From contig OZ024743.1 of the NCBI GenBank assembly GCA_964016885.1, positions 123,256,001 to 123,320,000 of the forward strand: 64,000 nucleotides of DNA, read 5' to 3'. The DNA comes from Eledone cirrhosa (taxonomy: Eukaryota). Position numbers and translations under genes: made by a program. Of this stretch, positions 57,860 to 64,000 are shown in pieces (within the stretch, counting starts at the first letter, position 1; every line of letters starts with the position of its first letter). Under the pieces are notes generated by a model. It was not told the DNA's origin. It worked only from the letters and a program-made list of their open reading frames with translations, and ran no database searches.

Positions 57860-58082
57860 AATGGTTTCTTATATAGGCACAAGGCCAGCAATTTTGGGGG
57901 AGCGGAAAGTCGATTAAATCGACCCCAGTGCGTGACTGGTACTTTATTTTATCGACCCCGTAAGGATGAAAGACAAAGAAGTTAACCTCGGTGGCATTTG
58001 AACTCAGATCATAAAGGGCCGCAACTCTATGCTGCAAAGCATGGTGTCCGACTCTTTACCGATACTGCCAATCCACCGCCCC
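57860..58082 (-). mobile_element. SINE family 1 copy (long-3' subfamily) with TSD
   Basis: Full reverse match, flanked by AACGATGACTATA / AACGATGGCTATA. Confidence 0.88.
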
Positions 58083-58445
58083 AACGATGGCTATATAGAA
58101 AACAAAAACATTATAAAAACAAAACTACATCTTCATTATCAATAATCTTCCTTGCACTGTATTCCTACTTCAATCGTTTGAACACTTGGTCGCTTGAAAC
58201 GCAAAGTTGTTATTTAAAATATATTAAAACTACTTTTATATATTTATCTATGTATCATCTCTTACTCTTGCCCCTCTCTCCCCCTTTTTCTCTATCACAT
58301 TCTCTCTTTCTATGTCCTCTAGATATGTTCAGTAAAAGTTGCTTTGGCAAAACAACTAAACGAGTAAGCAGGAGATAGCTCTCTACATTCGTAGTGTGTA
58401 ATTACGATGGAGATTGAGTATAAGAATAAAATTAAGAAAGATGCT

Positions 58446-58503
<58 letters not shown>

Positions 58504-58509
58504 TATGCA

Positions 58510-58540
<31 letters not shown>

Positions 58541-59155
58541 ATCGACAGTCGATCGACTTTGGTCAAATCAGACCGAGGATACTATGTTTCCATTGGCCTT
58601 TCCAATGGCTAATACTATCTATCGGTCGCAACTCTAGGTAGGAGGAGCAACGTGAAATAAAGTGTCTTGCTCAAGGACCACAATACATCACCCAGACCGG
58701 AAATCGAACTCACAACCTCACGATTGCGAATGCAATTCTCTAACCACACAGCCACGCTGATAAGTAATACATTGAGAAATGGACAGAAATGCAGAAAAAG
58801 ACGAAAAGGGCAGGATTATTTTGGTACGATACGAACAAGTTAATATGAACGCGACAATCAATTCTGTGGTCATCAGCTATCGAAACCGAAGGATTTGAAA
58901 CTGTATAAGACCATTTCGACATCTTGTAACGAAAGTAACGTTTGTCTCCTTCATTCAAACTCTTTCCCTTCGCTCTGTGTATCAATCTTCTCTCTTCGCC
59001 TGTTTATCTACTTCTGGCCATTTGTCAACGTATCTGTTACATGTTTTGCTACGAAACATCTATGACAATACAGTTCTTCCATTGCCTTATTGCGTTATAT
59101 ATGCACACACATACACAAACGCCTCCACTCACATGTATATATATATATATATATA

Positions 59156-59330
59156 GGAACAAGTAAGACCCCGACGGCTGAGCTCAAGCCGTTTCGACGG
59201 CTAATTCTCGTCGAAACAGCTTGAGCTCAGCCGTTGGAGTCTTACTTGTTCCTATTACCCACTCTACTACCCTAAGTATTGAGTACTTTGGTGCGTTATG
59301 GTCCACCTGGTTCCTTACCACTTTTCCTTC

Positions 59331-59333
<3 letters not shown>
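59156..59333 (+). mobile_element. Short fold-back PLE end, family A
   Basis: Same termini as the other family A copies. Confidence 0.88.
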
Positions 59334-59392
<59 letters not shown>

Positions 59393-59395
<3 letters not shown>

Positions 59396-59711
59396 GCAGA
59401 AGGGATATTCAATTGTTGGTAGTTCAACAAATATAAATGTTTATAACTGATTCAGAGCCCTTGACAGGTTTTCTGGAGTATAATATACAATGATATTAAA
59501 TAAATGGAAACTATATTTATAAAACCATATTTATTCTATTATATATATTTCAAGGGTACCAAAATTTTGGTACCCTATCATCAGATAAAATACGAAGTGT
59601 GTTTTATATCCAGGGAAAAATGAATCGTTAAGGTATATTCTCCTTTGTTATGTCAAAATGTATAAGTACCTTACTTACTGTGGTTACCGCCGATTAAACC
59701 CGGGATAAACT

Positions 59712-59712
<1 letters not shown>
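59393..59712 (-). mobile_element. PLE-type end, family C, with an intact hammerhead (59532-59592)
   Basis: TATTTTAT-CTGATGA-t AGGGTACCA aaattt TGGTACCCT t-GAAA-TATATA-TA-ATAGAATA. Confidence 0.82.
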
Positions 59713-59746
<34 letters not shown>

Positions 59747-59769
59747 ACATATATATATGTATATATATA

Positions 59770-60350
59770 TTTATTAAAATAACAGATTAAAGTTTAAGCA
59801 AAGAATCGCTGCTTTCACCCTTAACGGGATCTTCTGAAACTAACAAAGTCAATCTGTAAACGCAGAACTGGATATTTCAAAAAACGTTGCAACTGGAGGA
59901 AGACAGGAAGACGATACTTTGGTTCGTGGTAACATTCGCTGGCAAAGAACGGGAAAAAACGAATAATACGTCATTAATAGGAGCGGTGAAAAACAATTAC
60001 GCGCAAAGACAGAACCACGTTTATATTATAAAAGAGGTCGTAGACTAATGTTCTCTTAGGTGGTGCATGGAGACGTTCTCTGGCAATGAACGAAAAAACG
60101 AAGATAATAAGTCATATGTGGAGCGTGGAGAACAATAGCACGCAAAGACAAAAAACGTAAATGGTAAGCAGAAGTCGTAGACTAAAATTCTAACTAGGAG
60201 ACCAAATGAATCTCCGCTACAGAGTTAAGAACAAAGTAAATAAATACAATACAGAAGTAATAGGAACAAATAAATACATACACGCAAACAGATACGTACA
60301 TACACAAGCATACGCAAAACCTTACCATAGGTATACAAAACCACGCACAT
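59770..60350 (-). mobile_element. TA-flanked repeat end with a mutated hammerhead (59791-59841)
   Basis: AGTTT-CAGAAGA-tCCC gttaa GGGt-GAAA-GCA..TGC-TT-AAACT. The same terminus recurs at about 38045, 38450-38540 (as a hairpin) and 60738-60775. The far boundary is approximate. Confidence 0.6.
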
Positions 60351-60522
60351 ATAAATATGTGTGTGTGTGTATGTTTGTGTACAAATAAATAAATAATTAT
60401 ATAAACGTATATAAATAAATAAATACGTATATAACAAGCGCACACGCATACCTACATATAAATACACGAATGTTCGGGGACGTAAGTCAACTAAAACAAG
60501 AAGTACACATATATATATATGT

Positions 60523-60653
<131 letters not shown>

Positions 60654-60660
60654 TATATGT

Positions 60661-60704
<44 letters not shown>

Positions 60705-60707
60705 ACA

Positions 60708-60738
<31 letters not shown>

Positions 60739-60770
60739 TTATTAAAATAACAGATTAAAGTTTAAGCAAA

Positions 60771-60837
<67 letters not shown>

Positions 60838-61028
60838 AACCAGTAAGACCCCGACAGCTGAGCTCAAGCCGTTTCGACGGCTAATTCTGGACTAAATGAA
60901 AATTTATCCTGGTATTTAAATAGCCGATCTTCTCAAGGGGTAATTCCATATATGGTCAAAGTGATTGTCAAAAATCAGTAGTAATTCTGTGGTTGCAAAT
61001 TAGTAGGGGAGATGGTGGCTAAACCTGC

Positions 61029-62144
61029 CGTGATGATGGGCTCCTTACCCTTAAAGGGTACAACCCCAGTAGTACAGATCGGGTCCGGAAACAATTAATC
61101 AGATTCTTCCGCGACTGGGGATTTAAAATAACCCTACAAACGTCCCTGACTCGAGTAAACTTCCTGGACGTGACCCTCGACCTCGAAAACGACCTGTACT
61201 ACCCATACAGGAAACCTAATGACAATCTGCACTACATCCACCGCCGATCAAACCATCCTAGGAACATCACAAACAACCTGGTCAAAAACATCTCCCTCCG
61301 CATATCCCGTTTGTCAGCTAATGAGCGGATATTCGATGAACATGCGCCTTATTACAACCAGGCCCTCAAGCGGAGTAGTTTCCGGGAGGAAATATCCTAC
61401 TGTCCAGCTCCCATTAGCGGAACCAGCAGGAGACACCGCCGCTCACGCAATGTAACATGGTTCAATCCTCCCCACAACGCAGAGGTGACTACTCCCATCG
61501 GGAAACTATTCTTTAGGCTCATTGAAAAACACTTCCCATTACAACACCGCTACCACAACATAATTAACAAAAATACCATCAAACTCTCTTACAGCACTAC
61601 ACCAAACTTCGCACAAAACATCGTCTCCTCTAACAATAAAAAACTCAACCCCGATGGCAGAAATAACCTAAATAGCAGTGGAGAACCGACCAGGAGGTGT
61701 AACTGCCCGGATAGATCTATTTGCCCACTCGACAATAGATGCAGAGACCGTAATGTGATCTACCAGTGCAACGTGAGGACGGATACCTCCAACAAAGCCT
61801 ATATAGGACTTACCGCATGTGACTTCAAGACCCGGCTATACCAACATAGACATACCTTCCGAAACCCGGCCCGGCGTCACGCCACTACACTTTCGGGCCA
61901 CATATGGGACCTCAAGGACAACAACATCACCTATGATCTCACTTGGAGATTACTGTCCAGAGCCAATTCTTACACGGGAGGACGCCGTCCGTGCAATTTA
62001 TGCTCGGAGGAAACTTTACAAATGCTGTTTTCGACGGACCAACTCCTAAACAAGAAAGATGAACTAGTTATTGCATGTAAACATAGATTGCGTAGGACTT
62101 ACCTCGCCCTCAAACCCCATAATGACCCGGGGGGGGTAGACTAG
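61029..62144 (+). CDS. PLE RT C-terminal half plus GIY-YIG endonuclease, uninterrupted but 5'-truncated
   Basis: The frame is open from RDDGLL through NFLDVTL, YRKPND, SNHP, WFNPP, CNC..CPL..C, VIY..YIGLT, CNLC and CKH. Confidence 0.9.
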   Translation, partial: RDDGLLTLKGYNPSSTDRVRKQLIRFFRDWGFKITLQTSLTRVNFLDVTLDLENDLYYPYRKPNDNLHYIHRRSNHPRNITNNLVKNISLRISRLSANERIFDEHAPYYNQALKRSSFREEISYCPAPISGTSRRHRRSRNVTWFNPPHNAEVTTPIGKLFFRLIEKHFPLQHRYHNIINKNTIKLSYSTTPNFAQNIVSSNNKKLNPDGRNNLNSSGEPTRRCNCPDRSICPLDNRCRDRNVIYQCNVRTDTSNKAYIGLTACDFKTRLYQHRHTFRNPARRHATTLSGHIWDLKDNNITYDLTWRLLSRANSYTGGRRPCNLCSEETLQMLFSTDQLLNKKDELVIACKHRLRRTYLALKPHNDPGGVD

Positions 62145-63247
62145 GGCTATAACACCCCACTTGCCGATTTTGCAATGGGTAACCCCTGCTTGCCAAAGAA
62201 GACGTAAGATCTTCTTTGTATTCTTTTATCGCTTCCTTTATTTCCTTCCCCCCTCTCTCCTTTGTCCTTCTACCCCAGCTCTTCTCCTTTGTCGGCGTCT
62301 TTTCTCGCCCACCCGAGGCTGCCCTTTGGCCCCATGTAGCCTTAGTACCCCCCTCCCTCCCCTAGTCTATGATAGATTTGGCGGACTCCGCCCTTTATAG
62401 CAGTTGGCTTAGACCCCGGATACTTGCCCCCTTTTTCCGACCGCTCCCACTATTCTCTGTGCCCTCTATATTTCTTAGTGGCACTTATGCCTTATTTTTT
62501 CGTTTCAGTATTTCTTGCTTCGCTTTTCTTCTGGGCGGGGTGGATTCTGAATTTATTTCTCCGTATTCTACCTTTATTTCGTACGAACTTTCATGTAGCT
62601 TGTTTTAGATCTTTTAGAGTTAGCATTAGTATATATTTTTCTCGGGACTCAGAATTATTATCTCGTACAAGTTCACTTTGCTGCACTGGGTCGTTGCTGG
62701 CCCGGGATGGAAACCTTTATTGTTTATTTCGTGGTAGTCTCTTTAGTATTTTGGCCCCTTTTGTTGACCCGTCACCGTATCATTTACGTACTTATACCTC
62801 TTAAAAGGGTCCTTGCCTTATCCGTCCCACCTAGTTCTTTTACTTATTTCGTTATTTCTTTATTTATTTCTTTCTTTACTTCTTTCTTTCTTTCTTTATT
62901 TTATTCTAGCCTAACAATAGCCTGAGACCTAGGTCGTAGAATTTAATTTACTTTACTTTTTTCTTTACACTTATTTGCTTTTCTTCACTCTCAGTATTTT
63001 TTCTTTCCTATATATTTCTACCCCCCATTGTTCTACCTACCGTTCCGACTTCCTCCCCCTCCCCCTCCCCTGTATCTTCTTTGACCTCATGCCCAGCTGT
63101 AGCTGGCACTACCAACGCTTGATTGGGTCTACTCCACCCCCTCCCCTCTTTCTCCTACTGGCAGGTTTAGCCACCATCTCCCCTACTAATTTGCAACCAC
63201 AGAATTACTACTGATTTTTGACAATCACTTTGACCATATATGGAATT

Positions 63248-63341
63248 ACCCCTTGAGAAGATCGGCTATTTAAATACCAGGATAAATTTTCATTTAGTCC
63301 AGAATTAGCCGTCGAAACGGCTTGAGCTCAGCTGTCGGGGT
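63248..63341 (+). ncRNA. Type I hammerhead with a U3-A8 core (mirror copy 60848-60941, minus strand)
   Basis: ACCCC-TTGAGAA-GAtCGGCTA...TAGCCGTC-GAAA-CGGCT tgagctc AGCTG-TC-GGGGT. Confidence 0.75.
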
Positions 63342-63433
63342 CTTACTGGTTCCTATTACCCACTCTACTACCTCAAGTATTGAGTACTTTGGTGCGTTAT
63401 GGTCCACCTGGTTCCTTACCACATTTCCTTCGT

Positions 63434-63466
<33 letters not shown>

Positions 63467-64000
63467 ATATATATGTATATATATATGGCTGTTTGCCTAA
63501 GTGTGTGCGCGAGTGCATATCTGTGAGTGTGTAATCATAAGAATACAAAAATATATGTACATCAGAATATATGTATCGAATTGTGGAATTGTCCAGACTA
63601 AAAGAGATAAAGAGAATTAGCTACATATTGTACACTTCCATTTTCTAGTAACTAACAACTCAACATAATGTTGTTTTATATAAATGTAGCACGCTGTGCG
63701 CGTGTGCATGCGTATATATGTATATGTGTGTGGTGCGCTTAGATGAATGTTTATTGAAATTGTTCATCAGTCTATTGATTCTTGACAGTCCACATTAGTC
63801 ATAGTTCCCATTTTATCTATGTCAAATTTATCATGTAAGGCTGGATTGCATCAATGATGCTATGCCATTTAATAACAGTTGTGAACGAAATGAGATAGCT
63901 ACTGTTGGCATTGTCATATTCGAAGTCGTATATCATAGGTTTGATTGAATCGTAAATGAGCAAACGCGTGTTTTCTCTTAACCCTTAAGAATAGTGAATG

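Larger units (their letters stand above)
60836..63434 (+). mobile_element. Young 5'-truncated PLE (family A parent) with an inverted 3' copy
   Basis: 60834-61029 appears to be the exact reverse complement of 63160-63355. There is an ~80-nt tail, a 1.3-kb 3' UTR and (TA)n flanks. Confidence 0.95.

Noticed and set aside
61029-62144. Selenoprotein-type PLE (in-frame TGA plus SECIS)
   Set aside because: No in-frame TGA in the ORF and no convincing SECIS seen.

Overview
AT-rich, microsatellite-saturated animal DNA with no host gene that I can support. The repeat content suggests a mollusc, probably a cephalopod such as Octopus (inference). Almost all listed ORFs are translated (TA)n, (CA)n or (GA)n. 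The real content is mobile DNA: four Penelope-like element (PLE) coding fragments (RT and/or GIY-YIG), many short PLE-end insertions in (TA)n tracts that are often folded back into inverted repeats, one decayed RTE LINE, other LINE and MULE remnants, a hAT MITE, and about 20 copies of a tRNA-derived SINE, six of them in a tandem stack. By hand I find more than 10 hammerhead ribozyme (HHR) motifs in PLE ends, some with non-canonical cores (U3-A8, A9U). The main find is a three-copy RNA motif (28.3, 29.4 and 52.8 kb) that has all HHR core elements in a non-circularly permuted, pseudoknotted order, with compensatory changes between copies. All RNA structures are manual predictions and untested.
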